Of a stretch of 64,000 bases of DNA, positions 26,031 through 38,474 are shown piece by piece. Below the pieces are notes generated by a model. The model did no database searches. It was not told the origin of the DNA and was given only the letters and a program-made list of their open reading frames with translations. The DNA is from the human T2T-CHM13v2.0 reference genome, Homo sapiens. Every line of letters starts with the position of its first letter. Within the stretch, counting starts at the first letter, position 1. Where the stretch lies: the NCBI RefSeq assembly GCF_009914755.1, contig NC_060926.1. One strand, 5' to 3'. The position numbers and the translations under genes are program-made.

Positions 26031-26809
26031 AAAATTCCTTGTTAGGTCTTTTATTTTGAATTAAATGTGAGACTATTGATGGTTCATTATAAACTGCCCA
26101 AGGAAAGCTTGGTGAAAAACATGCTCACGAAGTTCTTGAGTAGCCAACGACATAACATGTAAACAGTTGCCCAGTCACTGTATTGGTGAAGTCCAGAAAA
26201 ACAGAAGACATTCACTTCCAAATGTCAATTTATAACAGTGGAGGGAAACATGGTGGAGGAGCAGTATCCCTACCATGATTCTACTATGATTACTACGATT
26301 CCTAGTGATCATAGTGCCAGAGGTGAGGTCCTAAATATCCCCTCCAATACAATATGGGGTTGCATGACTGCAAGGTTTATGAAATAGCTGGTGCAGGCCT
26401 GTGCAGGCTGCAGGGAGTCGATCCACAGTTGCATGATTTTCACATCTGCATTAATGCAAGGTGTGCCCTCTGGGTGTCCTCATTTGAGTGTCGCTGTACT
26501 GCATGGGGCACTGTACCACATCAGCATGACATGAACATCACCCTCATGCTACTATTCAGGTCACCAAGGCTCAGGGTTACATAGCCAATGAGCGAGCAGG
26601 CAGACCTCAGACTTGACCCCAATGAGTCTGACCCACAGCTTGTGTTTTTCCTTCCCCTGGTTTCATACATTACTCCACAGAGTTGTTGAAGACCCCTGCC
26701 TGGCCTGGCTGGCTCAGGGCCTCCTTCTGTTTGCCTGACATTCTACACTTAATGCTGTGACAAGCATGAAGCCATTAAAAGGTATAACGTGTTGGAATGT
26801 CAGTCTCCA

Positions 26810-26915
26810 CACTAGTCTGTGCACTCCTTGAGAGGGAGAACAGTACTTGACTCACCCGTGCACAATGCCTAGTATTAGAGTAGTTCTCTTTAAATGTTGC
26901 CAACTGACTGATAAA
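26810..26915 (+). mobile_element. L2 3' end
   Basis: ctagtctgtgcactccttgagaggg...gcacaatgcctag...taaatgttg. Confidence 0.6.
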
Positions 26916-27932
26916 AGAAAAGTGGGGATGAAGAGAGGGAGGTAGGAAGGGAGAAAGGAAAGAAATTAAAGAAAAATGGGCTACAATCTGGCCCAGTAAT
27001 TTCCCCCAAGGACCTGGAGACTACTGTGCCCTCATGTTTTAACTCTTCCATGTAATGGTGTGTGAGGTTGCTAGTGGTGGCAGTGTTGTAGAGAGACTTC
27101 AGGAGAGACAGGTGGGCACTTGGTGGGCAGAGACTCCACTCACTGGGTATGGGACAAGGCCTTCCTTGGTCTAAGGCTTTATGGTAGATCCCAGAGGCTC
27201 CTGGCAATGCCAGGGAAATTGGCAATGGCCCTGCACCATTTGGGCAGTGGGCGACTCCTCCTGCATATGGGGTGCTCTAGGGGCCTTTGATCTTGATCGT
27301 TAGGGTGTGCCTGCCTTTCACTTCCCATCAGAATCACCACTGGGCCCATGCCAAACTTGCTTTCATGCTACTGACAAAAAGCCATTTTGGAAGGGACATT
27401 CTTGTGTAAGAAAATCATTTTTGAGCAGGAGCAGATATTAACCTAATGTTCAACGTGTTATTCTTTCAAGCTCTTTTTCAAACATAAAAAACAAAATCTT
27501 TGCCATGACGTGCTAGAGCATTACAGCTTTGTAGATTTCTTTTTCTTTTATTTTTTAGAAATGTACCACAGATCCTGCTGAAGAAGCCAGTGGGAGAACA
27601 TTCTCCTCATTTCTCTGGTGCTGCCGCCAGAGAATTAGAGGCCTGGCCTGGAGTTTACACAGCATTTTTCTGGCCAACTTGTGAGCTGTTCAGAGTGAGG
27701 GAAGTATCCATGTAACGTTGCTGGAAAATAGAGACATATTGAACATGCAAGACATGCTCCCTTCACTAGTGTGGAAAGTCACAGGGCAGGGGTGGCTCCT
27801 CAGAGCCTGCTCACTACTGAGAGATGTGCAGGATCCCGATGCTGGGCCCCACCCCACCCTCATGCTTCGCTCCCTTCTGACCCAGTACCTGTTTTCCAGA
27901 TGTCAGGGCAAGGCTGCAGAGGAAGACAGGGA

Positions 27933-28000
27933 CATAGGCCGAATCATCCTTCCCTCGGAGGAGAGTCATAGGCTGAATCATCCTTCTCTCAGAGGAGAGT
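27933..28000. repeat. Tandem duplication, 2 x 34 bp
   Basis: cataggccgaatcatccttccctcggaggagagt / cataggctgaatcatccttctctcagaggagagt, three transitions. Confidence 0.92.
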
Positions 28001-28574
28001 CAGGATGACCTCATGCACGGCTAGTACCTCCCTAGTCGGCTTGTTCTCACAGGGGAAAATTGAACCCTCACCTTGGGCAGGTCCATCTGCTGCAGATGTT
28101 TATAGGGTTCTTACAGTGAACTCAGCTTCTCATGACCTGAGCTGGGTGCTGGCACCCTGTCTATCTCAGCATCAAGTAGTCCTTGCTTTACCTTCAAAAG
28201 GCTGCATTTCTTCATGGGCCTCAAGGCCAGCTCCAGAAGACACAGGCAGACAAGGAGGACAGCAGTGCTGGGACCTGGGGAGCTCCGGAAGGGACTCTGG
28301 TCCCATCGGTGCATTCATGGTACCCCCTTCTCTCGGCAGGGCTGGACTTCCTGCTGGATTGACCTCACAAGAGGATAGACAGAGGAGAGGGCATCACCTA
28401 CAGATGGCCCTGCTGACAGTCCATGAGCTGATAGCTCATCAGTTGCTTTTCTTAGGGCCAGACTTTCCCATGACTTGGCATTTTTATTCATCTTTAATTC
28501 TGAGGGTTCAGACTACACAAGAGGGAGGCACACTGATGCCAAAGAAAGAGAATAGGATTTTTTAACAGACAACT

Positions 28575-28730
28575 TTGGTGCAAGTCCCAGCAGAACTGTT
28601 TATGATTTTGAGCAAGTGCTTTAACCTCCCTGGGACTCATTCCACTTGCCTGACTCACTGGGTCATTTTAAGTGAGACAATGCATATAAAAGCACATCAT
28701 GAAGAGCAACATATCACACATGCTCATTAA
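28575..28730 (+). mobile_element. MIR fragment
   Basis: tgattttgagcaagtgctttaacctccctgggactca...gtgagacaatgcatataaaagcac. Confidence 0.6.
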
Positions 28731-29175
28731 AGACTTATTGGGCCCATTTATTGAGTATTTCTTCTATGTCAGGCCCTGAGCTAGGCACTGGGCATAGACA
28801 CTTCATATACAGCACACATTCAAAGCATTCTCAGGGCACAACTTTTGTCAGTATGATTAATAATAAACATTTGAAGGCAGGCAAACCAGCAATGATGGTG
28901 AGGATGCCGGTTACATGAGGCCCCTGAAAGGCAGGGTGTGAGGGCAGCCATTTCTTGTTAGTGGTCTGGAGAAACTACAAATACTGATGGCCCCTGGGAT
29001 AGGATCTGGTCCATGGGAGGTGGGTACTCCCTGGTTTTGAAGCTTCTATGTTCCTACTTTCTCTCTCCAGATTTTTTCCTCTTGAAATCTTCCTAGATTT
29101 TTAATACATTCTGTTTGGAATCTCCTACTTTTGGACACCCACTGTACTTTGATAACTTGGCTCCTGGGTATAGGA

Positions 29176-29447
29176 CAGGCTCACAGTTTCTTGTCTGAAA
29201 TCCTGTGGCTTGATGTGCTTCAGAAATCATTTTTGGGTTTTAGAAAAGTAACATGGTCTATATTTTTCATATTAAGTAACACCCTTAGCAGGGTTTGGAC
29301 ATCACCCTCAATCAAACACGGAAATATTTCTGCAGCAAAACCTAAAACTATTTTCTACTAAGTGAAATAAATAAACAGTGAGTTGTGGTAAAACTAGATT
29401 TCTTAGGTTTTCAGTGTTGGAGTTGTGCATAAGGAACTGTGGAACTG
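29176..29447 (-). mobile_element. MER46C-like Tigger MITE, internally deleted
   Basis: ttttagaaaagtaac...aatcaaacacggaaatatttctgcagcaaaa...actaagtgaaataaataaa...ataaggaactgtggaactg. Confidence 0.65.
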
Positions 29448-29789
29448 CAATAGCTCAGTCCATGGACTCAGTAAATATGTTTCTTCTTGCCTTCAGGTCC
29501 AGACAGTTTTAACGTTTCTATATTTTAATAATTTAATGTATGTCCAGCTTGGTCTCACAGAGGATATAAGGCATTTGGGGCCCACTGCCACAGTTCAAGC
29601 CAGAGAGGGCCCACCACTTGAATGTACTAAAAAAGTGTACTAAAAGAAGAAAAAGGAAAAAGAAAAAAAGACCACTCATGGCAAAGTCACAAAATAACCT
29701 TCTTTCCCATGCTAGTGGGATTAACATAGCTCATGATCACAGGAGCTCCTCTTGGCTGCCATTTCCTCACTCCTCGTGACTCACTCCTT

Positions 29790-30230
29790 CAGTCACTTAT
29801 TTACTTATTAAATTACTCATTCATTTTTTATTCCTTCCTTCATTGATTCATGTAATCATTCATTTAATAAATATATGTTTAGTAACCAATCTGTGCCAAA
29901 CCCAAGGCTAGATCCTGGGAAAAGAAAAACAAGTGGGACACATCCTTGCCCTCTGCAGCTCTCAGTCACGCTGGGGAGACCAACAGGAAGCCAACTATGG
30001 TGTGCTTCAAAACAGAATGAAATTGGAGAGGGGGATCCAAGCAAAGGGTCCCGGCAGACAGATGAAGAAGGTGGTTGTGGAAAGCTTCATGGAGAGAGAC
30101 CCTTGCCTGGCCCTGAAGAACTGCTGTATTTAAATGGATACGAAAGTCAGGGCAATGAATGGGGTAGGTGATTGTTCCAGACCGGGGGAAATGCACAGAC
30201 ATGGAGAGTTTAAAGCCATGGCATAGCTGT
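29790..30230 (-). mobile_element. L2 3' end with (CATT)n-like tail
   Basis: cattcatttaataaatat...ctgtgccaaaccc...ccttgccctctgcagctctcagtc...ggggagac. Confidence 0.72.
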
Positions 30231-31159
30231 GGTATATTAGAGAGCAGGCTATCAGGGATAACTGCAGTAGCTGTTAATCGTCCTAGCTATGTTTATGAGA
30301 AAGGGATAGTTCAACAATCAGGTAGGGGGACATCCCTACTCTCCCTTCCAGGAACATTCTCCCTTTAGAGAATGTTAAGATTTATTCACAAATGGTATCT
30401 CTTAGAGCCAAAAGACACCTCAAGTAGTTGCTATGTGGTCCTGCCCTGGCTTCAAGTAGGTATTAGACCTCCTTTGCTAACAAAAATTCCAAAGGCAGGA
30501 GGTGGAGGGAGAATGGAGCTGGACCATCTTAACTTCCCAGGACAGTTGTCAAATCAAACCTGTGATTTGGGAGACTTCAGGGTGAGGTGGATAGAGTATT
30601 GTTTTGGATTCTGATTCTAGCTCTGCTGCCTTTCAGCTGTGAGATCTCAGGCAACTTTTACCCCTAGTCTAACCTCAGATAAGTTGTCAAAGAACACAGT
30701 TGAAATTATGAGCAAATATCCAGGCAAATAGGATGTACTCAAGGATTGTTCCAGATGTTAAATCCATGACAACAGAAATTGTTATCTATTGCATCTACTG
30801 CTAATTCCCCAAGATCCACAATAGATTGGTGTGTAGTAACAGATCAACAGCTATCTGTGGAATGAATGAAAGACTCCTCTTCTCACCTTTCCATGGCTAG
30901 TACATTCATTCACTGGAGCCTCTTTAGCTGTTTACAGTTACTTCCACATTCTTAATTTCATTTGCATCTTTTGATTTTGAAGTGTGAACATGACCACACC
31001 GTAAGACAGGCTGGTGTTACAGAAAAAGATTCATGATATATTTACTGACAGGGCTCAGACCAGGAGTTGGATGGACCCATTATCAATTCACAAAAGTTCA
31101 ACTACATTCGACTACTTCAAGGAGAAAAATTATGTAAAGCAATAATCACGATTATCAAG

Positions 31160-31320
31160 AGAAAAAAATTGTGAATTGTGAGCAACCTGGGGACAAAAAC
31201 TCAAACTTGTTTTATCTTCAGTTCCTGACACAGCAACTCATAGGCATTAAGAACTCAGTGAATATTGAATGGAAGAACAAACCAAGAAATGAATGAAGGA
31301 GTGAGTGAACGAGTGACTAT
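31160..31320 (+). mobile_element. L2 3' end
   Basis: ttgtgagcaacctggggaca...cctgacacag...ctcagtgaatattgaatg. Confidence 0.55.
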
Positions 31321-31493
31321 ATTAAGCATTAGTTAATAAGAGATGAGGAAAAGGAAGCTGTCATTGAGTGTCCACTGTGTGTCAAATTCTGTGCTAATTG
31401 TTTAAATCTATTCATCAATAAAAAGAAATTTCCCATTTGATGAGCCAATATTTTCCTCTTCGTTGATGTATTATCTTTTTCCTTTTATGAGTC

Positions 31494-31862
31494 TGATATG
31501 GTTTGGCTCTGTGTGCCCAACCAAATCTCATCTTGTAGCTCCCATAATTCCCACATGTTGTGGAGGGATCTAGTGGGAGATGATCAAATCATGGGGGCAG
31601 GTCTTTTCCGTGTTGTTCTCGTGATAGTGAATGGGCCTTATGAGATCTGATAGTTTTAAAAACAGAAGTTTCTCTGCACAAGCTCTCTCTCTCTTTGCCT
31701 GCTGCCATCCATGTAAGACATGACTTGCTCTTTCTTGCCTTCTGCCATGATTGTGAGGCTTCCCAGCCACGTGGAACTGTAAGTCTAATTAAACCTATTT
31801 CTTTTGTAAATTCCCCAGCCTCAGGTATGTTTTTATGAGCAGCATGAGAACAGGTTAATACA
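31494..31862 (+). mobile_element. THE1 (A/B-like) solo LTR
   Basis: tgatatggtttggctctgtgt...ttaataca termini; TSD gagtc/gaggc. Confidence 0.93.
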
Positions 31863-33439
31863 GAGGCATTTACTGAATTCCCTAAATTTAAAATGGATGT
31901 CTTTTTTCCTTGCTAAAGTTTATGAGTGACAAATGAAAGCAAAAAACTTTGGATGAACCACCCATGTAATTCAAAATCTCACTGAAATGACTTAGAAATA
32001 GACATTTTTGTTGCTTATTTTGTTATAGTGGAAGGCTAGGATGGAGTAGGCAGTCAAATTATGGCTTAACAGGTTCATGCCAAGTGGGAGGGGAATACAC
32101 ATTCTACAAAATGGGGAGAAGGAAAAATTTGTCTCCCTGTATCCCACTTTCTTAAAAAGAGTCAGTAAATCAATCAACACAGACTTTCTGAGCTGGAACT
32201 ACAAAGTCATGTTTCTGGCAATCTGTTCTGAACTCTTCTTTGTTCCTCAAAGCTAAAATCCTTTATACTCTCTATTACTTTTTGTGGATTGATGTTTAAT
32301 TTAAAAATAATAAATTATTAGCACCTTAACAAATATTATTCATGTATATGGAATCTAAATATATAATTTTATTTCTTGGCCTAATACCTATATTTTCTCA
32401 TAAAACAAAAAAGTATTCCCTACCTCAAACTTACTTTGACCAGAGTCTTGTCATCATCCGTGACCTGGTTATTTATACTTAATGTCGATAGCACAATGGT
32501 GCCTTCATGGTATGGAAACCACTGGTTGGAAAGAAATGTTGAAGAGGTGGCCCTCAGCATTCCCATTGGTTAAACTGTGGCCCCCAGTCTCTGACTCTGC
32601 CCACACCTCCCAAGCTTTGGGGAGATAGAAAGAACAGTGTCTCACACTCATAATCACAATCTTCCTCCACTTCTCCTTCCTTTTCTGTTGTCAGCTCCCA
32701 TGCACCGTTGGAAAGTCTTGTGACACAGAAATGAATCCTATCTTGGGAGATATAACATGCAAACAAATAAACAAATAAACATTTTATTTAATATTTATAT
32801 ATGTGTTTTTATTGTTGTTGTTTATACCAATCACTGACATGTATTACAAATGAAGTTGGGTTGCATAATAATTCTGAAAAGCCATTTCTGAAATTGTATT
32901 TGATTCCTGTGTACATCAAAAAGATATAAAATATGAATGTCCTTTCACAGATTAGTATCCTAATACCAAAAAGGAATGAAATATCCATGATCTGGGGTAA
33001 GGGGTATGCAAGTATGTATAGGCTTGGAGGGTGCCCCAACTGTTCCAGGCTAGATAGGGGTGATAAGCAGAAAGTGTCCTAAGAGAAAAGGAAGGAGTAG
33101 GAGGAAGAAGGTTAGAGACATCTCTCTTTGGGCAAATTAGGCTTATCTCATTTAGAAGCAAGCCTTGCTTTGAAAACTATTTGTCAACCCAGGTCTGCAG
33201 GCCCAGACCTCCGCCTCACCTCATAACCCTCACACAAGGGCTATTTGGCTCCTACCTGCTCACCCAACTCTATCAGAGGCCCTGGAGACAAACCTGCTCA
33301 TGGCCAGGGATTTGAGGAACTAAACGACATGGGGTTTGGCATCAGCAAGGGCACCGGAAGTTTCCAATTAATTACATGTACTCCAGTAGCTGAAGTCTTG
33401 GTTTGTTAGATGGGTGCTGGCCTTGGATGCCGTCAACTT

Positions 33440-33800
33440 ATCCATTGAATAATTGTTTAGTATCCACTATTGTGCCACCCACTATGCTAGGGCCTGGAAA
33501 CCCAGTGCAGAACACTAGATGTCTCCTCCCTCAAGCTTAGAGTCTACACAGGGCAGCAGCATCAAGTAGGGAATGACACAGTGGTCATTTAGGTGGAGTT
33601 GTGCTAAGTGCAGCAAAGCAGAAGCCCAGCAAGGGGTGAGTGTGCACAACAGGTTGGGAGGGATTCCCCAAGGAAGCAGCATCTCATTCCAAATCTCAGC
33701 AACAAGTGGGGTCTCACCAGATGAAGAGTGAGAGGAACAGTGCTCCAGGAAAAGAAAACGGCACTCGTGGGAAGGCCTCAAGCAGGGAAACAAAACAAGC
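33440..33800 (-). mobile_element. L2 fragment
   Basis: tgtttagtatccactattgtgccacccactatgctaggg...ccctcaagcttagagtcta. Confidence 0.6.
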
Positions 33801-33814
33801 AAGGGTGACAAAGG

Positions 33815-34345
33815 GTACCATGAGATTGGACACTCAGCCTTGTCCTCCTCTGTATGTACCTCACGGGGAAACATACATTCGTGCACCAAAAATATGCACT
33901 CCAATGTTCATAACAGCAGGGTTGGTAATATCTCCAAACCGGAAGCTACCTAAATGTCTATCCATAGAAGAGGAAATAAATGCATTGTGGCACATTGACA
34001 TTGGAAAACTATGCATCAATGAGAGTGAATGGACCCCAACTATCCACAACAAGATGATGGAGTCTTACAAACATAACAGTGTATACAGGAAAGAAATCAG
34101 ACTGGATGCACTGCATGACTGTGTCTACAGAAGGTATAAAAATAGAGTAGTGCTTCCCCTTTGGAGGGTTCATGACTAAAAGGCTGTTATGAGGGGTTGT
34201 CTAGGTTGCTGCCAATATCCTCTTTCTTGAATCTGTGTGCTGGTTACATGGGTGTGTTCAGTTTAGGAGAATTCATAAAGCTACACACTTGTGATATATA
34301 CCCTTTAATTTGTGTAGGTTATACTGCAATTAAAGGTTTAAAAAA
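33815..34345 (+). mobile_element. L1ME-like 3' end
   Basis: aatgttcataacagca...ggaagctacctaaatgtctatc...ggttacatgggtgtgttcagttt...attcataaagctacacactt...aattaaaggtttaaaaaa. Confidence 0.78.
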
Positions 34346-35512
34346 TGATGTTAGACAGACAGGCAGGGACCTAATAGGTCTGATCTAGGTTTTGAAGTCC
34401 ACCCTACTAGTGCTGCTGACCGGGAACCAGGGGCCTTGCTCTTCTGAAGGTATTTCCAGTTTCCATTACCTGCTTGATTACCTGCCTGCGAGCCTCAGGT
34501 CCCACACTGCAAGCTGGCCACAGCCCCACAGATCCACAACCACAGAAGGCATCACCTTCTGTCCAGCTGCCTGCTGTCTAGTTCCCATGCTGTGGTGGCA
34601 GCCAGCAGTTTCTCTCAGTACCTGCCTCCGCAGAAGCGCTTCCTGTCAGTACCAGGTATTACACTCCACCTCAGCATCTAAATAAGCAGGATCACTGGGA
34701 CATGGGGGGTCAGGGGGTGTGCATGTTTGTTCCTATTTCATTTGGCTTAACCTCTAAGATGCAACAGGACATCTCTCACTTAAGTTCTTAGTAAGAATAT
34801 TTTTAAAACTTATTATCTTATTTGCGTCAATATTTACTCTCTGCATTCGAATCCTTAATTAAGGCTAAGTGCCTATTAGATAAAAAAATAATAATCCCAT
34901 ATTGTTTAAGCTACTTTTAGATGGCTATTATGCTACTTGCTGCCACAGGCATTCTATAATAACATATACATTGTCTTTTCTGCATAGAAACAGCAGCCAC
35001 TTCCTCTTAGATCCTCTGCCTCCTTGTGCAAGGGGTGGTAGAGTCTCGTGAGGGTGGCGGGAAGCCCAGGCAGGGAGGCAGGACACCTGAGGTCTAACAT
35101 TCTCTGTAGCACAGTGTCAGACCTTTTCATATTGAAACAATCAAATAAATAAGCTAACAAATGAGTAACTGAAAGAGACAAAAATATACCTGAGTCACGG
35201 TAGGCAGTTTATCTAAACTCTCAGGGCTTCAGTTTCCCTAAATGTTAACTTGGAGGGTCACACCAGTTTCGTATTTTCCTCATTTCAATCATTTGCTTCC
35301 TCCCGTCTTGATTTTTGCCATATATTCATGTCATCTGAAGGACACTAAGTATTTTATATTTAAACTGATTCCCTTTTTCCAACAAGTTCATTTCATAAGG
35401 TAGCTTTATATCACTACATGAAAAATCAGAATCACTTGCAACATAAAGGGACAACTGTCAAAACAAATGCAATGTAAACAGAACAATGTGATTCTATCCT
35501 GGCTAGATCTTG

Positions 35513-35542
35513 TTTTTTTTTTCTCTTTTTCTTTTTCTTTTT

Positions 35543-35578
<36 letters not shown>

Positions 35579-35809
35579 AGATGGAGTTTTGCTCTTGTTG
35601 CCCAGGTTGGAGTGAAATGGTATGATCTTGGCTCATCGCGTCAATCGCTTGAAGCCTCCACCTCCCGGGTTCAAGCGATTCTCCTGCCTCAGCCTTACGA
35701 GTAGCTGGGATTACAGGCATGTGCCACCACGCCCGGCTAGTTTTGTATTTTCAGTAGAGACAGGGTTTCTCCATGTTGATCAGGCTGGTCTCGAACTCCA
35801 GACCTCAGG
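35513..35809 (-). mobile_element. 5'-truncated AluSp-like with long T tail and a small internal insertion
   Basis: gctcttgttgcccagg and gggtttctccatgttg are Sp-type; stops at gacctcagg; TSD ggctagatcttgtttt (35501-35516) / ggctagatcctgtttt (35808-35823). Confidence 0.92.
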
Positions 35810-37346
35810 CTAGATCCTGTTTTATGGGAAGGAATGGGCCATCAGCAAGCCCTAAGACCTCATCCTGGATGAGATCAGAAGTTTGAAAAAAAGGGACTTT
35901 CTCATCATGCAATACCATTTGATTCCATGCCTTGCCTATGTACCATCTAAAATCACCCTGAAAAGCCTTGGACGGGCTGTCCCACGCCTGAGACACAACC
36001 GTCCTATCATTCCCTAGACCTGGTTGGTAAGGAGGAAGGGAAGTAAACACCTGATGAAGAGGGGGATATGTAGAAATATCTTCCTTTGGCTAAGAAAATA
36101 ATGGAAGACAAACACCTTGCTTGGCTGCCCGTCCCTGCTTTCCTACTTCCCTTCCACACTCATCACTTGAATGGGATCAGCAGAGCAAAGCTGTCCACGA
36201 TAGTGAGAATGAAGAAAGAGAGGGGCTATGGCCCAGGAGTACAATGTTTACCAGCCTTGCCTGCCCCGGAAGTGGTCCTAGGCCCTCACTCATTCCCCAC
36301 CCCAGACCCCATCGGGGTCCCAACCCAGAGGTCCTCACAGCATCCAGGCTGCCTTTTGTAGCCTCATCCTGTTCCCAAATCAAAACCAGACCCTTTAGGT
36401 CTTTGTATTTTGCTGGATTTTGGCTGGATGGTGGGATCTTTGGGGGGTACTGTTCCCAATCTGTATGGAAGTGAGTTGTGAATGATGAATACCATAGATC
36501 ATCTTGTTTGTGAATGGCACCTTAATATGCTGAAAGTAATATGAAGCCATATATCTTTCCAGGTGAATACATCCAGGTCCTGAAACAGCTTAATAGACTC
36601 TCTCACTCCCTCTAGTTATTGCAGAGGGTCATCAAATGGAGTTCACCAAAAGACGTTATGGCTTTTGACCAAAACTAAGATTTCCTGTCTCTGATTTCCT
36701 GTAATTTCAAAGTTATTTCCCTTTTGTCCTGTAAATTGCAAACCCAAATCCCCAAAGCGAAAGAGACCCTATACTTTTGCTTCTTCCATAGCCCTATAAT
36801 AAATAATTAATATTTTATGGTTTTATGAGGTTGCTTTGCCCTCAGCAATGATTGCAAAACATTGCACTTTCTGTGGATGCTCCTTTAGTTCTCAAGAAAG
36901 CCAGCATTGTTAGCCACTTTAACTTTTAATTAAGATGTTCAGAAAAAAATGAAAAGCCTGTAAAAAGTTATGGGCAGCTTATGACTAATATTTCTTGATG
37001 CAGGGACTTATTTTTACCTCCATATTAACTCTGAGACATCTATCTGCTTCTTTAACCCATGATTGCCCTCTGATTGCCAGCCAGTCTATGGGTGCCTTCC
37101 AGTTGCTTAATTCATCTTAGGAAATCATGTCTGCTTTATTCTTAAAAAAGTGTATTCTTGCATCTGGCCCCCTTCAAGTCATAGAATATATGAGAGAATG
37201 TTTTTTTCCTTTTCTCTTGTTTCAGTCATTCTCTAAGTCGGTGTTTTCAAGACGTCTTATGCAGAAAACTAGTCCTAGGATGTTGCAAGGTCAAAATACC
37301 TTGAAAAGTGGTACATACTGTATCCTCTTCTTGGAGATTCCCAAGT

Positions 37347-37522
37347 GTTTTTTGTTTGTTTGTTTGTTTTGTTTTGTTTTGTTTTAAGACTCTGTCACCC
37401 AGGCTGGGCTGCTGTGGTGTGATCATGGCTCACTGCAGCCTCAAACTCTTGGGCTCAAGTGATCCTCCCACCTCAGCTGCCCAAGTAGTTGGGATTACAG
37501 GCATGAGCCAATGCACCTGGCT
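37347..37522 (-). mobile_element. FRAM / free right Alu monomer with (TTTG)n tail
   Basis: Single right-arm monomer; TSD gattcccaag at 37336-37345 and 37523-37532. Confidence 0.85.
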
Positions 37523-37540
37523 GATTCCCAAGCTTTTTAA

Positions 37541-38117
37541 GATTTTTTCTAAAAAAAAATCTGTGAGTACATAGTAGGTGTATATATTTATGGGGTACAT
37601 GAGATGTTTTGATACAGACATGCAATGTGAAATAAGCATATCATGAAGAATAGGATATCCATCCCCTTGAGCATTTATCCATTGAGTTGCAACCAATCCA
37701 ATTACACTCTAAGTTATTTTAAGATGTACAGTTAAGTTATTATTGACTGCAATCTCTCTGTTGTGCATCAGATAGTAGGTCTTATTCCTTCTTTCTAACT
37801 AATTTTTGTACCCATTAACCATTTCCACCTCCTCCCAATCCCCCCCACTACCCTTCCCAGCCACTGGTAACCATCCTTCTACTCTCTAGGTCCATGAGTT
37901 CAATTGCTTAGATTTTTAGATCCCACAAGTAAGTAAGAATATGCAATGTTTGTCTTTCTGTCTTTGGCTTATTTCACTTAACAGAGTGCTCTCCAGTTCC
38001 ATGCATGTGGTTGTAAATGACTGGGTCTCATTCTTTCTTTATGGTTGAATAGTACTCCATTGTGTATATGTACCACATTTTCTTTATCCACTAATCTGTT
38101 GATAGACACTTAGGTTG
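37541..38117 (-). mobile_element. L1MA1/2-like 3'UTR (left part of the L1 split by THE1)
   Basis: gtacatagtaggtgtatatatttatggggtacatgagatgttttgatacag...ctggtaaccatccttctactctct. Confidence 0.9.
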
Positions 38118-38474
38118 TGATATGGTTTGGCTGTGTCCTCAACCAAGTCTCATCTTGAATTCTCATATGTTGTGGGACGACCTGGTACAAGGTAAATGAA
38201 TCATGGGGGCAGGTCTTCCCCATTCTGTTCTCATGATAGTGAATAAGACTCATGAGATCTGACGGTTATAAAAAGAGGAGTCTCCCTGCACAAGCACTCC
38301 TCTCCTTGCCTGATGCCCTCCACATAAGTTGTGACTTTCTCTTCCTTGCCTTCAGTCATGATTGTGAGGCTTCCACAGCCCTATGGAACTGTAAATCCAA
38401 TTAAACCTCTTTCTTTTGTAAATTGCCCAGTCTTGGGTATGTCTTTATCAGCAGGGTGAAAAAGGACTAATACA
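38118..38474 (+). mobile_element. THE1 5' LTR (THE1A-like)
   Basis: tgatatggtttggctgtgtcc...ggactaataca followed directly by the internal start gtaaattggta. Confidence 0.93.

Noticed and set aside
27536-27900. Polypyrimidine-AG splice acceptors at ~27558 and ~27899 as lncRNA exons
   Set aside because: No convincing matching donors; such sites are frequent by chance and need transcript data.
28005-28565. 186-aa ATG-initiated ORF in unique DNA
   Set aside because: No recognisable homology or supporting gene structure; consistent with chance in locally GC-richer DNA.
33640-34179. 179-aa ORF
   Set aside because: Spans an L2/L1ME junction; the C-terminal part is a degraded L1 ORF2 tail.
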